From the NCBI GenBank assembly GCA_002404835.1, contig DHKM01000005.1:558-64557 (forward strand): a stretch of 64,000 bases of DNA, written 5' to 3'. Numbering within the stretch: the stretch's first letter is position 1; the number at the start of each line of letters is the position of its first letter. Origin of the DNA: Bacillales bacterium UBA4694 (GTDB lineage: Bacteria > Bacillota_I > Bacilli_A > RFN20 > CAG-288). Position numbers and translations under genes: made by a program. Below the pieces are notes generated by a model. That model searched no databases and had not been told where the DNA came from. It saw only the letters and a program-made list of their open reading frames with translations. This document shows positions 55,940 to 64,000 of the stretch, piece after piece.

Positions 55940-56682
55940 AAGGCGATGGTTCCTTTCCTGATTAGATATTGGCTGAATTCTTCCATAAAATCATTTTTGA
56001 ATATTCTAGATAAAGGTATTTCTGTTCCGTCGTCTATGAGGATTTTGTCTGCTTTGACTTTTTTGATGTGGCATAGGTTGATCAGAAATGACTGACCTGC
56101 TTTTGAAAAAGAAAATCCGGAAAGTGATTTAGATATGTCGTTCATGCTGCCTCGTACCTTGACCGGATTTTCTTCGTAGCCGCTGCTTGATATGAGATGG
56201 AAGTATAGGTTGTGTTTTTTGACTTCGATATACTGAATATCTTTTAGCTCAAGCACGATGATACCTTGAAAGGATTTGAGCTGTATTTTTCTGCTTATGG
56301 TTTCGTTTATGTCATCTAGATATTTCAAGGCATGGGTCAGATTCAGATTGAGGGAATAGTCTGATATCGGTTTTACCATGTAGCCTATGGCATTGACTTC
56401 ATATCCATTGATGGCAAACTGCTGATAGTTTGTGCAGAAGAGGATGGCTGTGTTTTGTGACTTTTTTCGTACTTCTTTTGCGATTTCGATTCCATTCATC
56501 TGAGGCATTTCCACGTCCAAAAAGAGGATATCGGTTTGTATTTCTTCTTTCAGGTATTCTCTTCCGGAGGTAAATATATGGATTTCAAATTCACATCCGC
56601 GGGATGCTTGGAAGGATTCGATTTTCTGCTTTAGATTTTCGGATGCCTTTATATCATCATCTATTATCACTAAGGTATACAT
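55936..56682 (-). CDS. LytTR-family response regulator, canonical receiver
   Basis: 248 aa. Motifs LVIIDDD, ILFLDVEMPQMNGIE, LFCT and MVKP. LytTR C-terminal domain. Confidence 0.9.
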   Translation of the reverse strand: MYTLVIIDDDIKASENLKQKIESFQASRGCEFEIHIFTSGREYLKEEIQTDILFLDVEMPQMNGIEIAKEVRKKSQNTAILFCTNYQQFAINGYEVNAIGYMVKPISDYSLNLNLTHALKYLDDINETISRKIQLKSFQGIIVLELKDIQYIEVKKHNLYFHLISSSGYEENPVKVRGSMNDISKSLSGFSFSKAGQSFLINLCHIKKVKADKILIDDGTEIPLSRIFKNDFMEEFSQYLIRKGTIAL

Positions 56683-56839
56683 GATTTTTGGTATCTTTCC
56701 CCCTTTATTTTATTGCAAGAGCTTTGAACTTGGGATGTATTTTGGGTTAATTTCAATGTAATGTATGACAAAAAATAGCAAAACGCTGAAACCGATTTCA
56801 AAATATGGAATGCAATCAAACAAGGAGGGATTTTACCGG

Positions 56840-57589
56840 ATGCTGGAAATTGCCATAGTGAATTCGGATGAAATTATCCGAAGCAGGCTTTCTTCAATGA
56901 TAGAGAAATTCTTTTCAAATAAAGAAATCAAGCCGAATATTTCTTCTTATAATGATGGGAAAACTTTCCTTAAGAATGATAAGAACATTGATCTTCTGAT
57001 AATAGATTTTGATGGAAAGAGCAAATCGGGTCTTCAGATTGCCCAGGATTTCAGGGAAAAACATTCGGACAAAGGAATCATATTCCTGATTGAAAAAGAA
57101 GAGAATGCCATTCTTGGTTATCAGGTATTTGCAACAGGATGCCTGATGAAACCGATTGATGAAATTATGCTTGATTTATTCTTAAATAAGGAATATTTGA
57201 AGAAAAAAGACGAAGATAGTGCCAAGATATCCATTAAATCAAAAGATGGGCTGTTTGCCATTCGTTACGAAGACATCGCCTATATCGAGATTCAATGTCA
57301 TACTTTGATGGTACATTATTTCAAGGATGGGGAATTGAAATGTCTTGTCTCAAGAAGCTCTTTGAAGGAATATGAGGAAAGACTTTCCGGTAGGAATTTT
57401 GCTAGATGCTGTGTCTATGCTTTGGTCAATCTGAAACACGTTTCCGCAATCAAATCAAAATCTGTCCATATTGGTAAAGCCAACGTCGTTCTTCCTCTCA
57501 GTGCTTCCAATAAGGAAAATTTTATATCTACGTTTATGCAATATCTTTCTGACTTTTCGGTTTTATCAGGAGATGATATTTTCTTTTGA
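56840..57589 (+). CDS. LytTR-family regulator with degenerate receiver domain
   Basis: Start moved to ATG 56840 (MLEIAIVNSDE, SD AAGGAGGG). The acidic pocket reads NSDE, the Thr/Ser position reads FLIE, and LLIIDFDGKSKSG replaces the usual D-x-x-MP-x-x-G. The LytTR domain is intact (IRYEDIAYIEIQCHTLMVH). Confidence 0.8.
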   Translation: MLEIAIVNSDEIIRSRLSSMIEKFFSNKEIKPNISSYNDGKTFLKNDKNIDLLIIDFDGKSKSGLQIAQDFREKHSDKGIIFLIEKEENAILGYQVFATGCLMKPIDEIMLDLFLNKEYLKKKDEDSAKISIKSKDGLFAIRYEDIAYIEIQCHTLMVHYFKDGELKCLVSRSSLKEYEERLSGRNFARCCVYALVNLKHVSAIKSKSVHIGKANVVLPLSASNKENFISTFMQYLSDFSVLSGDDIFF

Positions 57590-57733
57590 CTTCGAAGGCA
57601 ACCGCTTACATTCCGCGAGCAAAAAATCATGAATTTTGGGCTCTAATTCGGTTGATGTATGACAATCGTTTGGATATTTCCTTTTTGAAAAATAGAATGA
57701 AATCAGTTTGAAGTAACATTCAAGGAGGAATAT

Positions 57734-60700
57734 ATGAAACATTCAAACGTAAGAAGAAACATCCGTAAATTCTCCCTCTTTTTTGCTGTTCCGGTTCTTG
57801 CGGGAACATTCAGCAATGTCATGCATCCAGCAGATTTGGCTGATTTCTCTTCTTTGAAGGGGAAGCATATCATCGGTGCTGATGGTGGCATGTATTATTC
57901 CGAGTTCAGCAGCAATGATGAACTGAAGGAAGCTACGAAGGAAAAGAACAAGGAACTTGTCGCTGATTCTGTCATCCTTCTTAAGAACGGTGGCGGTGCC
58001 TCTGGCAAAGAGAACATGCTTCCTTATTCTGGAATGAAGAATATTTCCCTCTTCGGCGTGAATTCGTGGGCTTATGCCTATGGCGGAACCGGATCTGGTT
58101 CTGGTCAGCTTGAGAAGGGAGCCGATATTTATTCTTCTTTGGAAAATGCCGGATTGAAGATCAATCCTAGACTGAAACAGCTCTATATGGACCACTCTGC
58201 AGGTTCTCTTTCTGCTGAAGCAAAATGGTCGACTCCTACCTATGAAGATACGGAACTTTCGATGGATCTTTATACGAATTCCATTACCTCTACATATCAA
58301 AGATATCATGATGCTGCTTTTGTCTTCCTCTCCAGACTCGGCGGAGAAGGTGCTGACTTGGGCAGAAAGAATGTTGCCGGCCGTGATGATCCCAACATGC
58401 ATTATCTTGAGCTGACTACCAAAGAAAAAGCTTTGATCAAACATGTCGAAGACAATTTTGACAAGGTCGTCGTTCTTATCAATTCCGGTAATATCCTTGA
58501 GATGGGCAAACTTCAGAATGATCCGAAGATCAGTGCCATCTTAAGCATTGGACAGACCGGAGACTATGGTTTTGATGGTGTTATCAAGGTCTTGACCGGA
58601 GAAGTTTCTCCTTCCGGAAGAACGGTTGACATCTGGGCTAGAGACTTTACCACGGATCCTACTTATCAGAACTTCGGAGACGGGAATCAGACCGTTGAAC
58701 AAGGTACAAACACAGATTATGTCAGCGGAGGAAAGACTTTTGGTAAGGAAGTCGAATACGAGGAAGGTATCTACCTTGGTTATAAGTATTATGAAACCAT
58801 GCATAATGAAATCAAGGCTGGCAAGGTCAACCTTGGCGACGCTGCCACAAAGAAGGTGCTTGGCAGTGCTGATTTAGGAAGCGAATTCAGGGATGCAGAT
58901 GACTGGTATGACAAGACCATCGTCTATCCGTTCGGTTATGGTCTAAGCTACACCAACTTCGAATGGTCGAATTTCACCGTCAGTAAGACTGGCACCGGAA
59001 AGGACATGAAGCTTGAGGCTTCTGTCGATGTCACAAACAAAGGAACCGTCAAGGGCAAGGATGTCGTTGAGCTTTATATGAATGCTCCTTATACCTATGG
59101 CGGAATTGAAAAGTCTTATGTCAAATTGGTTGGATTTGAAAAGACGAAGGAGCTGAAACCGGGAGAAAAGGAAACTGTCAAGATCAGTTTTGACGCCTAT
59201 CAGGTTGCTTCTTACGATTACAATGATGCCAACAAGAACGGATTCAAGGGCTATGAAATCGAGCAGGGTCAGTATAAGTTCTTTGCAAGCAAGAATTCCC
59301 ATGAACATGTTCTGACGGAATCTGTGAATTTGGAAGCCTCCAAGATCGAAACCTCCAAGGAAACCGGTCATAAGATCGAAAACGTCTTTACCAAGAACGA
59401 AGAAGGCTCCATGTATAACTATGCTTCCATTTCCCCGACTATGACAATCCTTTCCAGAAGCAATATGATCTCTACCTTCCCGGTTGCACCGACGGAAGCT
59501 GAACGTACCATTACGGATGCATCTGATTCTACGAAGAATGCCAAGACGGCAGGAACAGAATTCGAAATCACCAAAGGCGAAATCTATAAGAAACTCAATT
59601 TCGGTTTCATCTTCGGAAAAGATGATGAATCCAAGGAAAGATGGAACAAGTGGGGAAACAACAAAGACAGTGTCATCCCATCCAACTGGACTCAGGCAGA
59701 AAATGAAAATGGTGAAGTGAAGATCCGTCTGGCCGACATGATGGGACTTAATCCATATGATACGACCTCCGTTGTCACATCCGACAATAAGAACATCAAT
59801 GGATTAACCCATGCTGCTGCTTGGGATGCCTTCATGAATCAGCTTACTTATGAGGAACTCAAACTGCTGAACACAACCGGATTCTTCAAGACAGCACCGA
59901 TCGAACGTATCGGAAAGGAAGAGGCTGTCGATCCGGATGGACCGTGTACCATCGGTGGTCAGACCAAGGACGGATATATTTCCGCAAGAGGTTCCTCTGG
60001 AACAAGATATTGGGCAACTTCCCAGACTCTTGCCGCTTCCTGGAACCAGACTTTGGCCGGCGAATTCGGAAGACTTATCGGCGAAGAAGGTATGTGGAAC
60101 GGATACAACGGTTGGTATGCTCCGTCCATGAATACTCATAGATCGCCGTTCTCTGGACGTAATTTCGAATACTATTCTCAGGATGGTGTCCAAGCTGGAC
60201 TTATCACAAGCAAGGTCATTGCCGGAGCAAGCAGCCGCGGTGTCTATTCCTATATCAAGCATTTTGCTCTCAACGATCAGGAAACCAATCGTGGCGGTGT
60301 CTGCACCTGGGCTGACGAACAGAACATCCGTGAAAACTACCTGACTCCTTTCCAGTATGCTGTCGAAGAAGGCGGTTCTGCCGGTATTATGACTGGATTC
60401 AATCGTATCGGTACTGTTGCCAACTCTGAACATTATCCGCTTCTTACCGAAATCTTAAGAGATGAGTGGGGATTCAGAGGACATATCGTCACAGATTACA
60501 AAGTCGGTAATGTCGGAGATAAGACAAACAACCTTGAAGTAATGACAAGAGCCGGAAATAACATTCCGCTTGATGATAAAGCTAAGAATGCCAGAGGTGG
60601 CGGAGAATGGGATAAGACTCTCCGTGGTGGCAAAGGTGGAGTAAAGGTAGGAAAAGTCACTCTCAATCAGCAGGGTAATCCGACCTATTCCACAACGGAT

Positions 60701-61921
60701 TTCGTCAGCGATACTCTTTCTACGAACATCCAGTACTATTACACCAGAGTCAGAGCGATGGAACTGCTCTATACTTCCGCTAGATCCAACCTTATGGATA
60801 ATGGAGCTGATTTCCTCAAGAATTTCCAGAATCAGGAAGTTGTCTTCTATAAGGGGATTGCAGGAACAAAGAGCCTGAAAGTCGGCTTTAAGGAAGGTAG
60901 CGACGTCCGCTATGAAGTCGTGGAAGACAAACTTCCTCAGGGCGTTACCTTCGATTCCAAGACCGGCACATTCAAGGCTACCAGTAATGCTGAAGCTGTA
61001 ACCGGAACGGTGAAGATCGTTGCCCATTATGATGGCTGGGCTGCTTCCAAGCCGATTACCGTCACAGTCAGATTCGATGAGCCGATTCAGTTTGCCGGTG
61101 ATACTTCCATCGCAAAAGGCGCTTCCTATGAAGCCACTGTCAGCCAGGATCTTTGGAAGGCAAAAGAGAATCTCGGTGCTCAGGAAGCCGGTGTCATTTC
61201 GGTCGACAGTACTGTCAGTGGACTTCCGGATGGACTTAGCTATGATGCAAAGACCGGTAAGATCACCGGAACTGCGACAACTGCCGGTGAATACAAGGTC
61301 AAGATTCAGTACAAGGTCAAGGAAAGAACCATCATCAGTTGGTGGGGATATGTCTTCCCGCAGGAAAAGACGAATACCTATACCCGTGAAATCACTTTGA
61401 CTGTCGGAGAACTTGTCACTGTCAAATTCGGAGACCAGACCATGAAGGTCGAAAAAGGCTCTGTCATGGAAGCTCCTGCTGCACCGGAAGCTCCGGAAGG
61501 AATGGAGTTTGTCGGCTGGTCTACTGCTAGTGGCGAAATCTTCGATTTCTCCAAGACGATTGATGCAGATATGGAATTCTCTGCTGTCTACAGAAAGAAA
61601 GCCGATGTCATCGAATATCGTGTCCATGAAGGCAAAATCCAGGCCAGAACCAATGGCGGTGAATGGGTCGATGTCGTTTCCTTGGATGAAATCAAGGGCG
61701 ATAAAGGCGACACTGGCGAAGCTGGAGAGAAGGGTGATAAAGGTGATAAAGGCGACAAGGGAGACAAAGGTGACAAGGGCGATGCCGGTGAAAACGGCAA
61801 GGATGGTGAGAATGCCAAAGGCGGCTGCGGCGGTTCCATCGTCGGAGCTACTACGGCTATCGGAGCCATTGCTCTTCTTGCTTCTGCTGTCATTCTGAAG
61901 AAGAAACGTGAAGAAGAATAA
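57734..61921 (+). CDS. Giant surface GH3 glycosidase: reversed-order GH3 core, Ig-like/He_PIG-like repeats, Listeria-Bacteroides-type repeat, collagen-like stalk, C-terminal TM anchor
   Basis: 1395 aa with signal peptide and SD AAGGAGGA. Sandwich motifs come first (ILLKNGGG, YPFGYGLSYTNF). Catalytic motifs come later (KHFALNDQETNRGG, GIMTGFNRIG, GHIVTDY). Also LPDGLSYDAKTGKITGTAT repeats, 13 G-X-Y triplets and the tail GGCGGSIVGATTAIGAIALLASAVILKKKREEE. Confidence 0.85.
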   Translation: MKHSNVRRNIRKFSLFFAVPVLAGTFSNVMHPADLADFSSLKGKHIIGADGGMYYSEFSSNDELKEATKEKNKELVADSVILLKNGGGASGKENMLPYSGMKNISLFGVNSWAYAYGGTGSGSGQLEKGADIYSSLENAGLKINPRLKQLYMDHSAGSLSAEAKWSTPTYEDTELSMDLYTNSITSTYQRYHDAAFVFLSRLGGEGADLGRKNVAGRDDPNMHYLELTTKEKALIKHVEDNFDKVVVLINSGNILEMGKLQNDPKISAILSIGQTGDYGFDGVIKVLTGEVSPSGRTVDIWARDFTTDPTYQNFGDGNQTVEQGTNTDYVSGGKTFGKEVEYEEGIYLGYKYYETMHNEIKAGKVNLGDAATKKVLGSADLGSEFRDADDWYDKTIVYPFGYGLSYTNFEWSNFTVSKTGTGKDMKLEASVDVTNKGTVKGKDVVELYMNAPYTYGGIEKSYVKLVGFEKTKELKPGEKETVKISFDAYQVASYDYNDANKNGFKGYEIEQGQYKFFASKNSHEHVLTESVNLEASKIETSKETGHKIENVFTKNEEGSMYNYASISPTMTILSRSNMISTFPVAPTEAERTITDASDSTKNAKTAGTEFEITKGEIYKKLNFGFIFGKDDESKERWNKWGNNKDSVIPSNWTQAENENGEVKIRLADMMGLNPYDTTSVVTSDNKNINGLTHAAAWDAFMNQLTYEELKLLNTTGFFKTAPIERIGKEEAVDPDGPCTIGGQTKDGYISARGSSGTRYWATSQTLAASWNQTLAGEFGRLIGEEGMWNGYNGWYAPSMNTHRSPFSGRNFEYYSQDGVQAGLITSKVIAGASSRGVYSYIKHFALNDQETNRGGVCTWADEQNIRENYLTPFQYAVEEGGSAGIMTGFNRIGTVANSEHYPLLTEILRDEWGFRGHIVTDYKVGNVGDKTNNLEVMTRAGNNIPLDDKAKNARGGGEWDKTLRGGKGGVKVGKVTLNQQGNPTYSTTDFVSDTLSTNIQYYYTRVRAMELLYTSARSNLMDNGADFLKNFQNQEVVFYKGIAGTKSLKVGFKEGSDVRYEVVEDKLPQGVTFDSKTGTFKATSNAEAVTGTVKIVAHYDGWAASKPITVTVRFDEPIQFAGDTSIAKGASYEATVSQDLWKAKENLGAQEAGVISVDSTVSGLPDGLSYDAKTGKITGTATTAGEYKVKIQYKVKERTIISWWGYVFPQEKTNTYTREITLTVGELVTVKFGDQTMKVEKGSVMEAPAAPEAPEGMEFVGWSTASGEIFDFSKTIDADMEFSAVYRKKADVIEYRVHEGKIQARTNGGEWVDVVSLDEIKGDKGDTGEAGEKGDKGDKGDKGDKGDKGDAGENGKDGENAKGGCGGSIVGATTAIGAIALLASAVILKKKREEE
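61697..61813 (+). repeat. Collagen-like Gly-X-Y tract (13 triplets) encoded partly by a 9-bp tandem repeat
   Basis: Sequence is GDK GDT GEA GEK GDK GDK GDK GDK GDK GDA GEN GKD GEN. Five consecutive GDK units are encoded by near-identical 9-mers. Confidence 0.9.
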
Positions 61922-61936
61922 GATTCTATAAATTGT

Positions 61937-61970
61937 GCAAGCCAGGAATAAAAGCCTGGCTTGCCTTTGA
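61937..61970 (+). terminator. Strong hairpin after the giant GH3 gene (terminator or attenuator; weak T tract)
   Basis: Perfect 10-bp stem GCAAGCCAGG / CCTGGCTTGC with an 8-nt loop, followed by CTTTGATT. Confidence 0.55.
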
Positions 61971-61989
61971 TTAAATGAGGGGAAAGAAC

Positions 61990-63687
61990 ATGAAAAAGAA
62001 AAGGTTTCTTTTGTCCGGAATCGCATTGGGGCTATTTGCTGCTCCGTTGATGTCCTGTGTTGCCAGTGTTCATTGTATCAGTCATATCGATTCCAACAAT
62101 GACGGCAGATGCGACCATTGTGGACAGAAGATGGAAATCAAGAAAGAGACGGATATCCAGAAAATCGAAGTATCCGTTCTTCCCTTGAAGACATATTATG
62201 CCTTGGATGAGGCTTTGGATCTGACCGGCGGTATTCTTACTGTCAGTTATAAGGATGGAAAGCCGGACAAGGAAATTCCGCTTACGGATAAGTCGTTGAC
62301 AATCAGCAAACCGAACATGTCTTCGAAAGGAAAGAAGCTTGTCGGTATTACTTATGAAGGGATGAAGACGTCGTTTAAGATCGAGGTCGGTGACAAGAGG
62401 TTCGTTGTCAGTTTTGATCTTGGATATAGCGGTGCCGCAAAAATCGATTCTCAGGATGTCGTTATCAAAGGTCTTGCCACAAAGCCTGCGGACCCAACAC
62501 GTGATGGCTATGATTTCGGCGGATGGTTCAAAGAAGCCTCTTGTAAAAATCCGTTTGATTTCATGTCTGATGAAATCATGTCCGATACAACCATCTATGC
62601 AAAATGGTACAAGCAGTACGAAGTCGTATTCAAGGCCAACTATTCTGATGGAAAAGATATTGTTTCCCGTACGAAACTGGGTAAAGTTCCTAGCGATGTT
62701 GTTCCTGAAGAGAGGACGAACTATCGCTTTGCTGGATGGTACGAAGATGAAGGCTGTACAAAACTTTTTGACTTCAATAAGGAAATTACCGAAAAAGTCG
62801 TTCTCTTTGCAAAATGGGTTTCGGAGAATGTCACATTCCATACCATCACTTTCAATGAAAATTATGGAAGCGAACCCAAAATCACAACAGCAAGCGTTGC
62901 AGAAGGAGAGGCGTTGTCTAGACCTACTAATCCGACAAGAGCGAATGTCACTGAGAAGGGACACCAGGCTCAGAATTTCCAGTTCAAGGGTTGGTATAAA
63001 GACAAAGAAGGGAATGAGCCATATGATTTCTCTTCTGGAGTGACTTCCGATCTGACTTTGTATGCTGGCTGGACAGGCCAATATATCTTTGAGGCGGAAC
63101 ATGTCAGCTTCATCGATGAGACTTCTGGCATGCCGATTCAGGGTATGGGAGCTTCCGGCGGCTCGGAAGGTGCAAACATGGTGGATTCACCGGCACCGGG
63201 AACGGAAGGAATCAATGCATCCAATGGGTATTATGTCACGTATCTCTTTGCACCTTTCCTCACTTTGACATTCAACATCGATTCTGATCGTGCGGTGAAT
63301 GATGCCAAGCTGACTTTCAGAATCACTTGCGAGAAAGTCGGCTATGCTCTTTCTCCGACAGAGCAGGACGGTGAGACGGAAAACGGAACGATGATTTCCA
63401 ACTATACCATCACATGCAACGGCAATGCCATCGATTATCCGCTTATCGAGGTTGCCGATACTACCGGTCATGAGGATACAGGTGGTGTAAGACCGTTCTC
63501 TGATCATGTATTGACGACTTCGCTGAATCTGCAAAAAGGCCAGAACAAATTCAAATTCATTTCCTCCAACAGTCACGGCATGGGTGGAACCATGGCGGCA
63601 ACGGCTCCGGTTATCGATTGCATCAAGATCGATACGAAGGCCGAACTTTCCTGGAATCCGATTACCGACAATGAATTCGGTCAATAA
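61990..63687 (+). CDS. Lipoprotein with Listeria-Bacteroides-type (Flg_new-like) repeats and a C-terminal carbohydrate-binding-module-like domain
   Basis: Start at ATG 61990 (MKKKRFLLSGIALGLFAAPLMSC lipobox, SD GAGGGGA). Repeats GYDFGGWFKE..PFDF, YRFAGWYED..LFDF and FQFKGWYKD..PYDF. C-terminal beta-rich domain beginning YIFEAEHVSF. Confidence 0.7.
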   Translation: MKKKRFLLSGIALGLFAAPLMSCVASVHCISHIDSNNDGRCDHCGQKMEIKKETDIQKIEVSVLPLKTYYALDEALDLTGGILTVSYKDGKPDKEIPLTDKSLTISKPNMSSKGKKLVGITYEGMKTSFKIEVGDKRFVVSFDLGYSGAAKIDSQDVVIKGLATKPADPTRDGYDFGGWFKEASCKNPFDFMSDEIMSDTTIYAKWYKQYEVVFKANYSDGKDIVSRTKLGKVPSDVVPEERTNYRFAGWYEDEGCTKLFDFNKEITEKVVLFAKWVSENVTFHTITFNENYGSEPKITTASVAEGEALSRPTNPTRANVTEKGHQAQNFQFKGWYKDKEGNEPYDFSSGVTSDLTLYAGWTGQYIFEAEHVSFIDETSGMPIQGMGASGGSEGANMVDSPAPGTEGINASNGYYVTYLFAPFLTLTFNIDSDRAVNDAKLTFRITCEKVGYALSPTEQDGETENGTMISNYTITCNGNAIDYPLIEVADTTGHEDTGGVRPFSDHVLTTSLNLQKGQNKFKFISSNSHGMGGTMAATAPVIDCIKIDTKAELSWNPITDNEFGQ

Positions 63688-63705
63688 AAAAGGAGAAGCT
63701 AAACA

Positions 63706-64000
63706 ATGAAAAATTTCTTTAAAAGCACTCTGAGCAAGGTATGGGTCATTGTATGCTCCATTCTCAATGTTGTCCTTATCACTGCGAATATTCTTGGTCA
63801 GTTCGGACTTCATGATCTTTTTGTCAATGTTCTCGGAAAGAGGAGTACTAGTGTTTTCGGAGATGGTATTTATTATGAATCCGACTATGAGAATAAGGAC
63901 GATTCCTTTGAGAAATCCAACAAAATCAATGAGGAAATCAACGAAGAAGGAATCACGCTTCTGAAGAACAAGAACAATGCTCTTCCTTTGAAGAAGGGAA
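63706..64000 (+). CDS. Third GH3-like glycosidase, N-terminal fragment (runs off the right edge)
   Basis: Not in the track. ATG 63706 with SD AAGGAGAAG. Hand translation is MKNFFKSTLSKVWVIVCSILNVVLITANILG...EEGITLLKNKNNALPLKKG, the same N-terminal sandwich-domain motif as the other two GH3 genes. Confidence 0.7.
   Translation, partial: MKNFFKSTLSKVWVIVCSILNVVLITANILGQFGLHDLFVNVLGKRSTSVFGDGIYYESDYENKDDSFEKSNKINEEINEEGITLLKNKNNALPLKKG

Noticed and set aside
56734-56760. Tiny ORF MYFGLISM between the divergent response-regulator genes, as a possible autoinducing peptide
   Set aside because: It is only 8 codons long, with no SD, no leader-peptide features and no AgrB-like processing gene nearby.
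60455-63102. 523-aa and 356-aa minus-strand ORFs
   Set aside because: They are antisense to the giant GH3 gene and the repeat lipoprotein. No SD and low-complexity sequence.
1-64000. Search for CRISPR arrays, IS elements, integrases, prophage genes and rRNA/tRNA genes
   Set aside because: No regularly spaced 25-40 bp repeats, no transposase or recombinase motifs and no structural RNA signatures were seen. The only tandem repeats are the 11-12 bp array at 36.2 kb and the coding 9-bp repeat at 61.7 kb.

Overview
Low-GC Bacillota-type chromosomal segment, probably from a gut or rumen anaerobe (the lineage is inference only). I support about 58 protein genes, including three that are missing from the ORF track. 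These are dnaA (runs off the left edge), rpmH and rpmG (both under 60 aa), plus a third GH3 gene that runs off the right edge. I found no rRNA, tRNA, CRISPR array, transposase or integrase.

The window holds the classical replication-origin gene neighbourhood, but split into three co-oriented minus-strand blocks:
- dnaA with a dense DnaA-box cluster at 1.3-1.6 kb.
- rpmH-rnpA-yidC-jag-mnmE fused to tatD-rnmV-rsmA at 17.8-24.2 kb.
- yaaA-recF-gyrB-gyrA at 40.2-46.4 kb, with no dnaN in front of yaaA.

Gene orientation switches from about 74% minus to about 70% plus at 46.5-47.6 kb.

Housekeeping genes present: ispE, prs, thiN, serS, nusG-secE-rpmG, nifJ/PFOR, a DegV protein, pdxK and an asymmetric heterodimeric ABC exporter.

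Accessory content:
- Two paralogous loci join AgrC-like histidine kinases and LytTR response regulators to very large, circularly permuted, membrane-anchored GH3 glycosidases. One of these carries a collagen-like Gly-X-Y stalk.
- A GGDEF cyclase is tightly coupled to an HD-like His-rich protein.
- A secreted protein has a permuted papain-like His...Cys signature and a small membrane partner.
- An AlbA_2/Schlafen-type protein is preceded by six helically phased 11-12 bp direct repeats.

The most unexpected recurrent signal is a perfect TATAAT placed exactly 6 nt before the ATG of six genes that lack any Shine-Dalgarno sequence, which suggests leaderless mRNAs. All functional calls rest on motifs read by eye from the translations. 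No database search, GC-skew calculation or structure prediction was run.
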